Source: Octopus bimaculoides (lineage: Eukaryota). Taken from it: a DNA stretch of 64,000 nt. Position numbers and translations under genes: made by a program. The stretch is from NCBI RefSeq assembly GCF_001194135.2, contig NC_068994.1, forward strand, positions 48,069,548 through 48,133,547, read 5' to 3'. Numbering within the stretch: position 1 is the stretch's first letter; every line of letters begins with the position of its first letter. Of the stretch, positions 1 through 13,130 are shown one piece after another. The notes under the pieces are model-generated. The model worked only from the letters and a program-made list of their open reading frames with translations, did not search any database and was not told the DNA's origin.

Positions 1-147
1 CCAGGCTCTCCTTATTAAACCCTTTAACAAAAAAGTAAAAACAAAAGATTAAAAAAAACAACAACAAAGTAATATTCATTCAGTAGTCATCAATCTTTTG
101 TTTTTAGTGTTTGGATTTTACTCAGGTAAAATGTTTTTCACTTCCAG

Positions 148-2858
148 GTGTTATACAAATCTTTGGAGTGGAAACAATTCTAATTTACACTGCACAGTTA
201 CTGAAAAAGTCTATTGTAGTCTACCATCCTAAAATAAGTGAATTGCTGACCTTTAATCGGTAAGTAAATGGTATATTTTTGGTGTGTGTCCAGCATATGA
301 ATATATATGTGTGTATGTGTATATATATTTTTAAATATATATATGTGTATATGTGATATATTTTTGAAATACAAGGAAGGTGCTGAAAAGTTCCTGGCTT
401 TGGATAAAAGGAGATATAGGCAGATCAGTTAATTATGATTCTATTCAACATATTCCCCTCTGAGAGTCACACACTTATTGCAGTGGTCCTTCAGTTTTTC
501 TAATCTTTGTAAAAGAATTTGGAAGGTTGGGCCTCCAACCAGGCCTTTCACGATACCCTTAAAGCCAGGAACTTTCCAGTACCCCCTTGTGTGTGTGTGT
601 GCACTCGCACATGGTTACACATACTCATGCACATATATATATGACTATATAAGAATTTTGTTTTGGTTTTTCAATTTACAGGAGTTTACCAGCACTAGCA
701 TGGCACCGTCAAGACTGGGGCAACTTGTTTCCTTACATCACACTGGACAATACAGATATTGAGACTGATTTGAAAAGTCGAACATCTTATATTGCTGGTT
801 TTACTGATGCCTTGATTCAGAACAGGTATTGTTGTCTTCAGTAACTCTCTCTCTCTCTCTCTCTCTTGGCTGGGTAACCAAATACTTCCTCTATAGCAAG
901 ACACCTGTTTCTGCCTCTCTGTCTCTTTGTCACACTCTAATCTTTCATCATCTGACACAAGATCACCTCCTCTAATGCGAGTTCTCACTATGCATTTGGT
1001 CTATAGTCTACACTTTCTGAAAATAGAGGTATCTTCAATAAATCAAGAATTTATTTGATATATCAAATAAATTTTGATNNNNNNNNNNNNNNNNNNNNNN
1101 NNNNNNNNNNNNNNNNNNNNNNNNNNNNNNNNNNNNNNNNNNNNNNNNNNNNNNNNNNNNNNNNNNNNNNNNNNNNNNNNNNNNNNNNNNNNNNNNNNNN
1201 NNNNNNNNNNNNNNNNNNNNNNNNNNNNNNNNNNNNNNNNNNNNNNNNNTATATATATATATATGTATATCAGATATACCTGGTATCTGATATATAATCA
1301 AGTAATTTCATCAATGTAGTGTCATGCCAACCATTTAAAACATACACTCTTATACCATTCATTTCTACTTCATTTTGTAATAGTATTATTATTACATGTT
1401 ATTCAGTATTGAAGTTATTTGTTGCATATCTTTATCATAGTCATTGACACTATATTCCTTTGTATTTCTTGCCAAACAAGTACATCTTCAAAATACATAT
1501 GATTTGTTTTCTCTATAGATCTGACCTCTATGATTTACTTGTGAACCTACAGACACGTGAGATCAGTGTTAGTCCAGGGGCTAAAGGTAAGTTGTTATGT
1601 TAGTAATTTCTAGAAAAGTTATTTCATTATTTCTTCTGTTAAATGTGTCTATGATTTCTTGATAGGTCACTGAGGGAGCTTCTTGTCCATCCTGATATAT
1701 GTGGCAGACAAATCTCCCTCAAATTTACTGAATTGCCAGTTATTAGAGCATACACACACACATATTACATATGCTAGTAGAAAACTGGCCAGAGGGCAGT
1801 GTTTCTGATGTATTGTGTCACTGTACTAGAAATACTTAATGTGAATAGAATTAAAAGACATTGTAATAGTATTTGATATTGTCCTTTACATATTTCAGAA
1901 TCACTTGCAATGGGAAAACTACATAAAGATATAGCAATGTTTATGGTGAATTGTGCTGAAGATACAGACTGCTCAGAACAGCAATTAATTAAGGTAAGAC
2001 AAATCCTTTATAACAATATCAAGTAGTAACAGTACATTCAGTTGCTTATATACAACACTTGAAGTGGGATGTCCTAGCATGTAGAGAAGTACTTCCCAAA
2101 GTGAGTGCTATTTCCATGCTGGAGATATTGATATTGTTTAGGGGCTGGTTAGTCTACATTACTCCGTAAGGGGCATAGAGTTAGTTTCCTGGTTTCTCTG
2201 CTATATACATTCTTCTCTGGATGAGACACTGGTCCGTTGCAGGATTTCTCATTTTTACCAGCTGTGGACTGTAGCAACAAGATATGAAATGTTTTGCTCA
2301 AGAACACAATGCTTCGCTTGGTAAGGGAATTGAAACCACAATCTTACGATCATGAGTCCAGCACTGTAACCATTAAGCCATGCCTGTATACAATCACTCA
2401 TCTAAAGCTGTCTTAACAAACAGCCTGTTGTCTCTGAAGTAGGGACCATATGAGCCAAGGAAAAAAACTTTTCTGTAATCACTCATGCAATATATTTCAA
2501 CTTTCAAACATCTCAGTTATAATAGATGTAATTTGTAATTCTTTTTCATAACGATTTTAAAGACGAATAGAAATGCTCTGTAATGCAGCATTTAGGTGTT
2601 CAAGTTGATTTTAACTGAATTGTCAGTTTCACTTTAATTTTAAGGAAACACACATATACATGCACATAATTTTTATCTTTTCAGAAAATTTCTGAGAAAA
2701 CCAAAGAATTACTTACCAATTTGACATCCTTGTCAGAAACTGATGAAACTGGGAAATCTTATATAACTTTAGAACTACTGAGAAGTAGGAAAATGCCCAA
2801 AAATACAGAAACCTTTCTCTATAACCTTGCTGTTTGTGAAGGATTGGCCAAGTATTAA
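148..2858 (+). CDS. DENND10: DENN domain-containing protein 10 (FAM45A), 3' part; 5' exons lie upstream of the window
   Basis: Exons 148-259, 682-825, 1519-1586, 1899-1993, 2685-2858 (TAA), all AG/GT bounded with matching phases. Spliced: VIQIFGVETILIYTAQLLKKSIVVYHPKISELLTFNRSLPALAWHRQDWGNLFPY...YIAGFTDALIQNRSDLYDLLVNLQTREISVSPGAKESLAMGKLHKDIAMFMV...TETFLYNLAVCEGLAKY*. Matches recalled FAM45A motifs (LKKRIVVYHPK, TLPALVWHRQDW, AMGKLHKE, TENFLYHLA). Confidence 0.95.
1079..1249. other. Assembly gap (others: 13135-13556, 18807-19158, 31323-31671, 44814-45093)
   Basis: Runs of N, mostly bordered by (TA)n or (GA)n, or lying inside a TIR element. Confidence 1.
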
Positions 2859-2963
2859 GTTTTTCCTAAAATTACACCTGAATTAGGAATTTTTAAACCA
2901 CTTTCAGTGCATTGCAGCTTGTGGATTTGGAAATTCCAAAAGAAATACTCTTTTTCTTCTATT

Positions 2964-2974
2964 AATAAAATAAA
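2964..2974 (+). terminator. Candidate DENND10 polyadenylation signals (two overlapping AATAAA)
   Basis: AATAAA at 2964-2969 and 2969-2974, ~105 nt after the stop codon; cleavage site not known. Confidence 0.6.
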
Positions 2975-5334
2975 ACCAACAAAAATAACATAATTTGATT
3001 CAATCAGTTCAATACAGATTTCCATTTCATAAACTTTAAAAGAGATTTATCAATTTTTTTTTTGTTACATTTGAAAAAAACTGTATTTTAAAAATTCTGT
3101 TATATCAAAATAATAGCTAAAATATTTGTTGTTGTCCAGGATAAAAACTCAGGGAATTAACATTACAGTGAATTATAATATCACAAAGTAATTTATTTAC
3201 ATTATAGTATACCTTGATTAATATTATTCATTGTTTTCTCTTGTGGATCATAGACATAATGATGTCATTTTATGCTTGGATTTGTGAGGCACCATGAGAA
3301 AAACAAGGATCTAGCATCCTTTAAGGTATGCTCTTAAGATTTGTTGATGAACATGGAGAAATATATTATGGACTGGAAACTGCAACTTTTTAAAATTGTA
3401 TCGGGTGTTACTGAGAATAATTTTTTGAAGTTGTAGAGTTAAATCAAACGTGCTCCAGCATGACCACAGCCACTTGGCTGAAACCCATAAATAAATAAAT
3501 AAATAAATAAATAAAATTAAACCATAATTCCCACATCTTTGTTCAGCTTGCTTGTTTAAATTACCAACAAAGTAACTTCAGAAATCGGTGCTTTTCATTA
3601 GAAAGAAGCAGCAATGTAGATAGCTATAGGTAGTATAGCAGTGTGTAGATAGCTATAGGTTTACTAATGACTTAAGTAAAATTCTGTAAATAGAAATTGT
3701 ACGAAAGCCTGTCATTTTTATGTAAGCACAGACGTAGAAGTGTGGTTAAGAAGCTTGTTTACCCAACCAGGTGGTTTTGGGTTGTCTCCCTATGCAGCAC
3801 CCAGAACAAGTGTCTTCCACTACATCCCCAGGTTGAAGAAAGCCTTGTGAGTGGATTCAATAGGTGAAACCTGAAAGAAGTTCAATATATATATGCTGCT
3901 GAGACTCCCTTTGGTCATGACTGACCATGGGATTGCACCTAGAAAGTTACCCTTCCATGTCAAACTGTCCAATCCATGCCAGCATGGAAAGTAGATGTTA
4001 AACGATGATGATATTCCAGCATGGAAAAATGGACGGAAACTGAAAGAAGCCCGTCGTGTATATATATATATATATATCATCATCATCGTTTAACGTCCGC
4101 TTTCCATGCTAGCATGGGTTGGACGATTTGACTGAGGACTGGTGAACCAGATGGCTACACCAGGCTCCAATCTGATTTGGCAGAGTTTCTACAGCTGGAT
4201 GCCCTTCCTAACGCCAACCACATATATATATGTTTGTGTGTTTGTCCCCCCCCCCATCTCTTGACAACCGATGCTGGTGTATTTACGTCCCCGTCACTTA
4301 GCGGTTCGGCAAGAGAGCCCGATAGAATAAGTACTAGGCTTACAAAGAATAAGTCCTGGGGTCGACTTGCTCGACTAAAGGCGGTGCTCCAGCATGACCG
4401 CAGTCAAATGACTGAAACGAATAAAAGAATGATGATGAAATTTTGACTTTTTTGCTTCCATTGTTTCTGTGGATACCACAGACAACACTTGATCAGTCAA
4501 ACAAACAAATAAACAATGCAAACAGTGGTAATTAAAATACTTTAAATGGTTGCATATTTTGAATGCAGGAAGAATTATAGTAGAGGTGCACAATGAATTT
4601 ATTAAATATTCCAGCTTTAACAATTTTTGATTGTGAATCTGAAAATATTGAATGCATTTATTTGTCTTTTTTCTCTACAATTTGTATTGGTAAATGTTTT
4701 TCATTTTTTTTTTTATACTTATATGAAGATGCTTCAAATAAACTGCAAAATAGAAATCAATACTTATTGCAGATGTCTTCTTACAAGACAATAATTCAAA
4801 CTGGGTCCTTCATAAGAGAAAAACCAAGATAAAAAAAAAAAAATGAAAATAAATAAAAATAAGTAAAATAATTCTTTCTAAATTGGACATTATGGCCAGC
4901 AATCTTGAGGGGAATGGGGTATTGTTCAACTGGTGCTTTAATAATAATGATTTCTAATTTAGGGGGGGTACAAGACCAGCAATTTTTGAGGGGTGGAAGT
5001 TAGTTGAAATCACCAATCCCAAAATGATGAAAGGCAAAGTCAACCTTGGCAGAATTTGAAATTGGAATGTAAAGTTGGAAGAACAGCCACTAAGCATTTT
5101 GTCTGACAGGCTAACAATTGTGCCAGCTTACCATCTTGATAAAACAATCCTTTCTACTCGGGCACATAGCCTGAAATTTGGGGGAAGGGGCCAAGTCAAT
5201 TACATTGACTGGTCCTTATTTCATTGACCTCCCAAAGGGATAAAAGGCAAAGTCAACCTCAGTGGAATTTGAACTCAGAATGTAAAGTTGGGAAAAATGC
5301 CACTGAGCATTTTATCCAGCATGGTAATGATTCT

Positions 5335-5561
5335 TATTTCTTTATTGCCCACAAGGGGATAGACACAGAGGGGACAAACAAGGACAGACAAAGGGATTAA
5401 GTTGATTACATCGAACCCCAGTGCATAACTGGTACTTAATTTATTGACCTCGAAAGGAGGAAAGGCAAAGCCGACCTCGGCGGAATTTGAACTCAGAACG
5501 TAACGGCAGACGAAATACCGCTAATCATTTTGCCCAGCATGCTAACGTTTCTGCCGGCTCG
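5335..5561 (-). mobile_element. tRNA-derived SINE family C with 19-bp target-site duplication
   Basis: Flanked by CCAGCATGGTAATGATTCT at 5316-5334 and 5562-5580; on - strand has B-box-like GAGTTCAAATTCC and core CTTTGCCTTT.CTCCTTTCG.GGTC.ATAAATTAAGTACCAG. Other copies: 4960-5140, 6670-6850, 7600-8140, 20280-20440, 41830-42050, 51570-51700, 53590-53720 (-); 27930-28210, 36030-36170, 56670-56890 (+). Confidence 0.85.
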
Positions 5562-6145
5562 CCAGCATGGTAATGATTCTGCCTGCTTGCCACCTTAATA
5601 ACAATAGTAAGATATTCCGTCTTTCGTTAGCAAACAAATATGCCTCACTTTTCAGAATTAATTTTCTGATAAAAAGAGGTCACAACTCTTGACTGAAGAA
5701 AATAGTTTTAAAAAATACTGTCAAATATAATTTCACACTGGAAAATCTCAGGAGTTCCTTCGTTATTTGATTTCAGGGGTTTATTGTTATTGTTATCGCA
5801 AGCATAGAACCGAGAAAAGGAGTGGGGCACTTTATTGTTATGCTGAACATATTTATGAGCGTAGCACCTATTCTGCTATGTCTGCTAAGTAACTGACCAA
5901 TTATCTTTTGGAAATTAAAAAAAAAATAAAAAAAAAGAACAGAAAAAATAAGATTTAAGTACCTAATTTAAGAGAGAAAGAGTGACATACACTATGTAGT
6001 GTAATTGGTAATGTGGTCCCTTGGCAAGCAATAAATATATGGTTCCAGCATCATTGTCTGTTTTCTGTTGCAAATTGATGTTTAAAATGTTTAATGTCAA
6101 TTCACATTGAAAAGCTTAGTTAATTCATTTGTAGTTTTAAATAAT

Positions 6146-6151
6146 TTTATT
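6146..6151 (-). terminator. Candidate BRD8 polyadenylation signal
   Basis: AATAAA on - strand ~240 nt after the stop at 6393; further hexamers lie downstream, so usage is not established. Confidence 0.4.
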
Positions 6152-6392
6152 AGAAAAAAAAGGGAGAGAAGAAAAAAAAAGACTGATGTTGAGTGTGAGT
6201 GACTTTTGAAGCCAGCAAGCCAAACCTCAACCATGTCTCTGTTTTGGAAGAGATTGAGGTATAGTTAAAAGTAGCAGCAATATTGATTAAGAATGTATGA
6301 CAGGAGGACTCAAGGACAATGAGAGAGGTGGATGTGGTGAGAGGCAAGAGCTACAACAAGCTGGGACATAGCAGGCCAGTTCTTAATTCGAG

Positions 6393-9300
6393 TCACTCAT
6401 TGGGTGTTTTTGGAGGCGTGTCTTCAGGAGTTACTGGCTTGGGACGTTTTTTCTTCTTGCCACCATCTTGATTGGGGTCAGTCTTTCGTTTTTTCGTATC
6501 TTCTTCCTACAACATAGAATAGAATACAATATAATGTCTGTGTTCGATAAATACACTAAAATAAAGAATGACTTGCTACCATCTCTAAGACGGAAGACTA
6601 CCTGAAGCAGAAAGGGAGCTTCTATTCAACTGAAATAACGAATGGCATGCTGCCTTTATAATGGTTTCAAAATTTGGCACAAGCTCAGCAATCACAGGAG
6701 AAGCAGGGTTAGTCAATTACATTGATCCCAGTGGTATTTTATTTTATCGAACTTGAAAGGATGAAGGGCAAAGTTGACCCCAGAATGTCAAGAATCAAAA
6801 GAAACATTGCTTAGCATGTTGTCTGATGCACTAATGATTTTACCATCCTGCTATCTTCTTTATCATGGAAATATTATACAAAATAGCAATGCAGAAATCC
6901 AATCTTGTGTTATGACATCTTATATGTGAGGGCCAACACTTTCAGCTTCCCGTGATTTTTTTCTAAAGCAAGTCGTACATTATCAGCATTCAACACACAT
7001 TTCCACCAAATATTCTTAATCCATTCGTATCCACAGGATGTGTAATGTCAGTGTGCATACACGACAGAGTGTAAGCGCCCTGAGAGAAAAGTCGGATTTA
7101 ACAAGCATCAGATGTGGTGTGCAAGAGAGACGACTGCGTTGGTATGGTCATGTGTTGCGAATGAATGAGGACAGGTGTGTGAAAAAGTGTCACACCCTAG
7201 CAGTTAAGGGAACAGTAACAGTCAGATGTAAGTTAACTATGAGTTGCTTTCCATTTGCACTTCAGGCCCACATTAGTCTTCACTTCTGCACACAATGGTT
7301 CATACTGTGGACGTCTTTAATTTCTAGCCCGCCTCTGTTTCTTTCTTTATTTCCGTTTAACAATAAAAGTTAAAAACATCTTCAAAATACGTACCTTCTC
7401 GATATTTTCCATCCTGCGCGATGGCCGTAGCATTTTTGGTTCCGTTTGCACCATTAACTGTGTGCTCACAAATTGCTGCAAAGAAATGATTATAATACTT
7501 ATACATATGTATGGTGTGTATGTGTATGTACATGTATATGTGGCCACAATTTCCCCCCCATCAGTCATTCAGCACTTCAATGTCTCTTATTCGTTTCTAA
7601 CATTGGCACAAGGCAAAAAATTGGAGATGAAATGTTAGTCAACTATGTAGGATCTGGTACTCAACAGGTACTTTATCATAGTGATCCTGGTGGGATGAAT
7701 GGCAAAGCTGACCTCAGTGAGATTTGAAATCATAGTGTGAAGAACTGAATCAACTACTACACAAGGCCAGAAATTTCGAAAGGAGGGTATTAGTTGATTA
7801 AACCAAGTCTAGTACTTAATTTTATTGACATCCCCCACCACAAGGGATGAAAGACAAAGACTTTGGTGGGATTTGAACTTAGCATGTAAAGAACCACAAC
7901 CAAATATGTGAGGCATTTTGTCTGATGCTCTAATGGTTCATATAATAATAATAATAATAATAATAATGATAATAGTAATAATCCTTTCTACTATAGACAC
8001 AAGGCTTGTAATATAGGTGAGGGGGATAGTCAATTACATCGACCCCGAAAGGATGAAATGCAAAGCTGACCCCAGCAGAAATTGAACAAAAGATGAATGA
8101 AATGCCGCCAAGCTAACAATTCTGCCAGCTCACCGCCTTAGATAATAATATGGAAAACATCAGGATTTGGCTGGGGAAATGCTGTTCACAGAGAAATTGC
8201 CACTTGATTCAAGAGGTGTAAGTTAATCTGTCTGAAAAATATAGGAGTTAATGTTAGAATTTTATTGACACTAATGGCAAAACTAAACCCACAATAAGGG
8301 ATTTGTAAACAATAGTACACATGACACTAACAGGGCAACGATTCTACGATATAGTGTGTGTCAAATGATACAGGAGTGGGGCTAGGGGATTTTGTGTTGG
8401 TGGGGTTGTGTCAGGGTTTTTTTTTTTAAATAGGTGGGCGATGAAGCATTTTTGGCCGATAGGTGGGCGATATTGCAATTTGGCGCAAAAAGTTTGAGAA
8501 ACACTGATTTAGTTTGTTGCACTACAAATTCTGCTTATCTCCCATCCACCCTAGTAATTGTATAAAAAAATATATACATGTAGTAATAAAAAAAACAACA
8601 GTACAAACCTCAATGTGTTGCATAACATCATTGTACATCTCTCGTGCCATCTTGTACACATTGTGGTCAGAGCTGTTGTACATTATGGCATTAGTAAACA
8701 TTAGCATCATATCACGTTGGAACTCTGTTGTAGAGCGGATAACACCATTTTCAATATTCTTCTTAATGGCACTTAAGTCCATTGGTCTGAAAATATATAA
8801 AAGAGAGAGAAAAAAAATGTAAAAGTTCTTTTGGGGCTTTTTTTTTTGTGTAAATTCCCTTAATTTTTGATGTCTAATAAAAATGACACAACACAGGACA
8901 GAAAAAGATCATCTAACTCCCAAAATACAAGAGATGAAGAAAGAGATTGTGTTAATAGTTACCTGTGTACTATACTGTGATAGCCTGGAGCTATCTCCTC
9001 TCGAACAGGATGCAGAAATACATTAGCATACCTAGAGTAATAAAGAAAACAACATACAATAAAAACAATAGCAATAATAGCCCAGCTACTTGGTCATACT
9101 TCACACACAGAGGCAAAGTGATATTACAAACAGCACACATTAAGTCTGTTAATAGATTCTTACACACAAATGTATATGTTCATTCACATACTCACAAACA
9201 ACAATGCAGTCACACACAGACACATACCTGGCCCACAGTCACTTCCTGAGGCTGGAACACCCTCTCTGTTGAGAGGTCTTTTTCTTGCAAGCTACTTGGC

Positions 9301-11303
9301 AACCTCACTGGTGTCATGTAAAAAGCACCTGTGCTGGTGCCATGTAAAATGCACCCAGTACACTCTGTAAAGCAGTTGGCTTTAGGAAGGGCATCCAGTC
9401 ATAGAAACAATCCCAAAGTAGACAAATAGAGAGCCTAATGTAGCTTTCGGCTTGCCGGCTCCTGTCAAATCATCCAACCCATGCCTGCATGGAAAACAGA
9501 TGTATGATGATGATACACACACACAATAAATGCTCAGTCATCCATACATAAACACAATAATTCATGGATATGCACCAAGAGAGAAAGAGAGGGAAAACAG
9601 AGCCCACTAACTTGTGAGTAGCAGCAGCCCGGTATACTAGCATGATGGACTTCTTCCAAGTGCGGTAAGCTTTTTCATCTTCCGTGTCACTGCTGAGACA
9701 GATGAAACATTAGCAATAGAAATGACAAAGCAAACAAACAAATTAAAAATCAAAGAAAAAGAAGAGAAAACATCCCATAACCCATGAAAATGTTGGGTCA
9801 ACTCTGAAATTCTTTTCTTTTCATATTGTGAGTGAAGCACAAGTGTGGTGTGGTCTCATAACTCTTTCTCCCACAAAATATTGCGTTAAGATTGCAGGTT
9901 ATTGTAAGATTCTTCTCATCACTGTAGTTTTAATGAAATAAAGTGCCTACATGCTTCAATTAATTTTAAAAATGAATAATTTTGTATCATCAGAACTAGA
10001 GATGGTCTCAGACAGGCTTTTTATATCAAAATAGTTCACTGTAAAGTTTCAATACTCGAAAACTTTTATTAGCATATTTCTAATGAAAATACACTGCCTA
10101 TTCGTTTTTAAAATATTTCGAAAACTAATCAATACAGTAGAATTAACTATTTTATTAATTGATATATTAAAAGCTGATGTAAGCTGAGGTTGAATTTAGA
10201 CATAAACACTAACATGAGATGCTTATTATTGTAAAAACAAGGGTGGTTTCAAGTGAATTAGTATTGAAATGGTGAAGTACAGTGAAATTAACCACACAAA
10301 TCAGAGATTGGGTTGGCCAAGTGGTTACCACCTTTCTGACTGTGGTGCTTTCACAAAGGATAGCAGAGTGAGTGGCAAAGAAATTATACTAAATTAAATC
10401 TAGAGCAGTGATAAGAATTTGGATCGTTTTTGATTCTCCATTTTCTCTTTGCTTTTAATTTGAAATTTTGAAATTGATGAAACTCCACAAATTGAAGTTC
10501 AAATAAAAACTGGAATTGAAAGGAAAAAATTTCTTTTTAATAACAAAAATATGAAATTATAATTAAAACTCAGAAAACAAATAGAATTGATAAATGCAAT
10601 GAAACTGAGAAATAAAAATGAGAAAAATTGATAAATGGAATAAAACTGACATTAAATTTGAATTAAAAAAAAAAAAAGTTTCAGGTTTTCTTTTCTTAGT
10701 CTAAGTTTTGATTATAAAAGCATTTTAATTTTATACAAATTTGGAAAACTAGAAAACCCTTGTTCCTCCCTATTCCAAAAGTAAATGGAACATCCTTTGC
10801 CATTGCTTAGGAAACCAAGGTTACTGTTGTGGATAGATTTGGAGAAGCCTATCACTGAGACTAGTGATGATTCAACTGCTCAAGAGGCCATATTCTAGTG
10901 ACCATCAATATTGTTGTTTCATCCACAGGTACCACCTTAACCACTTCACTCAATCCTCTTGTTTGGAGAACATCAATCCTCTGAAATTCCCTACTGACTT
11001 GTATTTTCATCTGCAGTTACATAAAGTGAACATCAACTATGTCAATACCATAAATCTCAAATGAAGACTGAACATATCAAGGGTACTGCTCCACCTCTTC
11101 TAATTTAATCATTAAAAAAAAAAAAAAAGTATACAAAGGCACAGGAGTGACTGTGTGGTAAGTAGCTTGCTTACCAACCACATGGTTTCGGGTTCAGTCC
11201 CACTGCGTGGCACCTTGGGCACAGTGTCTTCTGCTATAGCCTCGGGCCGACCAAAGCCTTGTGAGTGGATTTGGTAGATGGAAACTGAAAGAAGCCCGTC
11301 GTA

Positions 11304-11334
<31 letters not shown>

Positions 11335-13090
11335 GTATGTGTGTTTGCGTGTCTGTGTTTGTCCCCCCACCATTGCTTGACAACCGATGCTGGTGTGTTT
11401 ACGTCCCCGTAACTTAGCGGTTCGGCAAAAGAAACCGATAGAATAAGTACTAGGCTTCCAAAGAATAAGTCCTGGGGGTCGATTTGCTTGACTAAAGGCG
11501 GTGCTCCAGCATGGCCGCAGTCAAATGACTGAAACAAGTAAAAGAGAGAGAGAGAGAGTAAAGTGCAAAAATAATACACTAAAAACAGAAGATGGTAAAA
11601 AAGAGAATGGACTTACTAATGTGACAAAGAGGCAGGACTGTTTGGAATGGAATCAGATAGGGCGCCTGACAATGTGGATCTTGCAAGCAGTATGGCATTA
11701 GTTGGATCATCACTTTCTCTGGCTGAATCGTCTTCAGTCAGCTCTGCCTCACTGTGTTTAGAACTGTTGCCATCTTCTTTCTTCTCATCTTCCTTTAAAA
11801 GATAAACAATATGGATATGTTTCTTTGTTGTTCTTTTTTTTTTTCTTCTAGCTTTTGTTTCCCCATCTGGTAAGAGCTGAACCTTTGTTCAGCCTCTGTA
11901 AAACAATCCTGACTCAAAGACACTATCAGCATGAAAAGCAACAGCCAAGTAAGCATTATCATATTAAATTAAGCAGACATTTAGAAAGTTAATTAGAAAT
12001 AACCCATGCTAGCATGGAAAGCGGATGTTAAATGACGACGATGATGATGATGAATTATGTGGTGAAGAAAAGACAATGTCGGTCAATGACTAACAATTTA
12101 ATTATTCTAGCAAGTATGGGAGAAAACTCATTTATGTCTTAGATCACTTCACATAAGTTTAGACCTTTCTGTATTTGCCCAAATAGGGATGAGGGAATGG
12201 TTAAAGAAATGTTTGTAATATAGTACACGTGTTGTAGAAAATTAGAATATTTTAAAGAATAAATTATAGGAACACCATCCATATAAAAATACAACAGTTA
12301 AGTGAGTGTTGGCATATTTTAATGGAGGGAGCATTAAAAAGCTAATTAGAAATAATGAAGTGAGAAAAAGATAAGTAATTACAACAAAAGCTTCAAGTTC
12401 AGATTCTCAACAGCTTCATCTTTTTGTGTATATGTCTCTGTTACACTAAGTTTTAAGTTGGGAAACTCAACTGAGTCTAGGAAAGATAATTACATAAAAA
12501 GGTGTGGGGTAGTTGTGAAGATGGCCTGAAGAATTCAAGTTAAACTTTTTTTTAGAATTAGAATACTATGACTTCAATCCATAACCTTTGGATTTGGGAA
12601 AGCCATAAAACTTAACCACCCAAACATAGTTGTATGGCCTTACTCACTTCCCACATCTCAAGCTAGTTCTGCTATTTGGCCTGCCCTCACCCTACATTCA
12701 GGCAGGTCCTATGGCTATATTCCCAACCAATTTCAAACCAGTCCTATAACTGCACACACTACATGTATCAGACCAGTCCTACAACTTCGACCCCACTGGC
12801 TCATAAGCAGTAGCACAGCTGGGATGGAGGTGGGATATCTGGGTCTACTGTATAAATTTATAAGGGTGGGGGCAGAAGGCAGCAAACTTAAGGACCACCC
12901 TGGGTAGCACACACTCTAGCTATGCCACTGTTCTTAAGCCAGTTCTAGGACTTCATTCCCTTCCCTTAGAACTTTGCTCTGCTTTTGCCCAGGGTCTCAA
13001 GTCAGTAGTTAGGTCTTTTCTTTCAGATTTCAGATTAGTCTTACAATTTCATACTCAAGTTTGAACCAGCCCTATGACACTTAGCAGAGA

Positions 13091-13130
<40 letters not shown>

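Noticed and set aside
7230-7345. Extra BRD8 exon or H/ACA RNA in the last intron
   Set aside because: No pyrimidine tract, frame is complete without it, and only a 5-bp stem with no clear H box.
10780-11100. Coding-looking stretch in a BRD8 intron
   Set aside because: No phase-compatible exon with both splice sites and no recognisable protein motif.
11138-11215. tRNA gene
   Set aside because: Only box A/B-like remnants, no cloverleaf; head of a multicopy SINE.
11890-11975. C/D snoRNA-like boxes on - (ATGATAA...CTGA...CTGA)
   Set aside because: Mismatched C box, no terminal stem, and no rRNA complement that I could recognise.
12560-12830. ATG-less ~75-codon + frame
   Set aside because: No start, no recognisable homology, adjacent to MITE debris.
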